64,000 bases of DNA from Oikopleura dioica (lineage: Eukaryota > Animalia > Chordata): positions 8,246,001 to 8,310,000 of the forward strand of contig OU015567.1 in assembly GCA_907165135.1 (NCBI GenBank), in the 5' to 3' direction. A program made the translations under genes and the position numbers. Positions within the stretch are counted from its first letter, which is position 1; each line of letters opens with the position of its first letter. A model generated the notes under the pieces. That model worked only from the letters and a program-made list of their open reading frames with translations, ran no database searches and was not told the DNA's origin. This document shows positions 63,174-64,000 of this stretch, one piece after another.

Positions 63174-64000
63174 ATTTTTCTCTCGTCTGAAAAAGAATCG
63201 TAAATGATTATGTTTTCCTACGGGCAGCGTCATTTAACGAATCGTTAATTTCGTACTGGCGACTCAGAAAAAGTACTCTTCTTTTCTGTTTGAAGGAGGG
63301 GCAATAAAAATACGTTTAGTTTCTTATACAATAGTACAATACTTTTATGACCATTTTGTAAAGAAAAATATATATACTGGTGCTTTTAAATTCCTTATGT
63401 TTGATCTAATTAAAAAATGCATTTTTATATTACCGAAAGCGTAATTTAACACTTCTTCTTCTTGTTCCCTCTTTAATCTCTTCTACGCTTCCATAATTTC
63501 TAGGAAGACTAGCTGATTCCGCGAAACTTCCAGACATTTCAAAGACTTTACTATTTCTCCGGCTCCCCATTTTTTTTATATTTTCGGCCAAAATAAAAAC
63601 GAAGATTTATGAGAAAATTCCTCACAAAAACACAGGTGCATTTTTATATTCAAAAATAAAGCGAAAGCAGTTTGCGGCTTTCGAGTCAAAAATTTCAACA
63701 AAAAGCCGAACGCGGCTAATCGAAGAAATACAAAAATTCAATAAAATTTCGTTCACGATAAAACCTTTTTCGAATCAAAAGTGAAATTTTACCTAGTTAC
63801 GTAACTTCTTCAAAAGTCTTCGTTTCGTAAACTCTTCATAAAACAAACTCGAATCTCTGCTCAAAAAAAGTATCAATTCAAAAAAAGCTCTTCTGGCGTC
63901 TTTCTTTGTTTTTTCTTCTGTCCAGCTACAAGTAAGCTGTTTTTCTCATGGTGAATGGCCAATTGACTAGCCCTTCTATCTTTTCTTTTCTTTTTGTATT

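Overview
Eukaryotic, gene-dense DNA with mostly 40-55 nt introns and AG acceptors just upstream of most start codons. This pattern fits an appendicularian tunicate such as Oikopleura, but the species is my inference and not shown by the sequence. Positions 1-31.3 kb hold nine consecutive minus-strand genes, in transcription order ARF6-like, IQCA1/DRC11, two tandem FLOT2 paralogs, FCF1, a MARVEL protein, PSMD12, USP9X-like and ODF2-like; part of this run is probably an operon. The most striking feature is an intact 6.5 kb Ty3/gypsy LTR retrotransposon (7278-13767). It has identical 256-bp LTRs, a GTAA target-site duplication and one 1717-aa gag-pol ORF, and sits antisense inside a coding exon of the USP9X-like gene. 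It also shows TA...CA LTR ends, a plant-type iMet-like primer-binding site, and a 94-codon open frame with a stem-loop after the pol stop. The right half holds a DD3-3-family secreted protein with an inserted C-type-lectin-like domain, PTS, a divergent KIF26-like kinesin, an orphan gene, a C-type lectin gene, a secreted two-Ig protein, two tandem Cys/Trp-repeat secreted proteins with different C-termini, a ZNF800-like gene, EPB41L5-like and DRAM-like. Several one-base frameshifts in homopolymer runs look like assembly errors. All homology calls come from motif recognition by eye; no searches were run.
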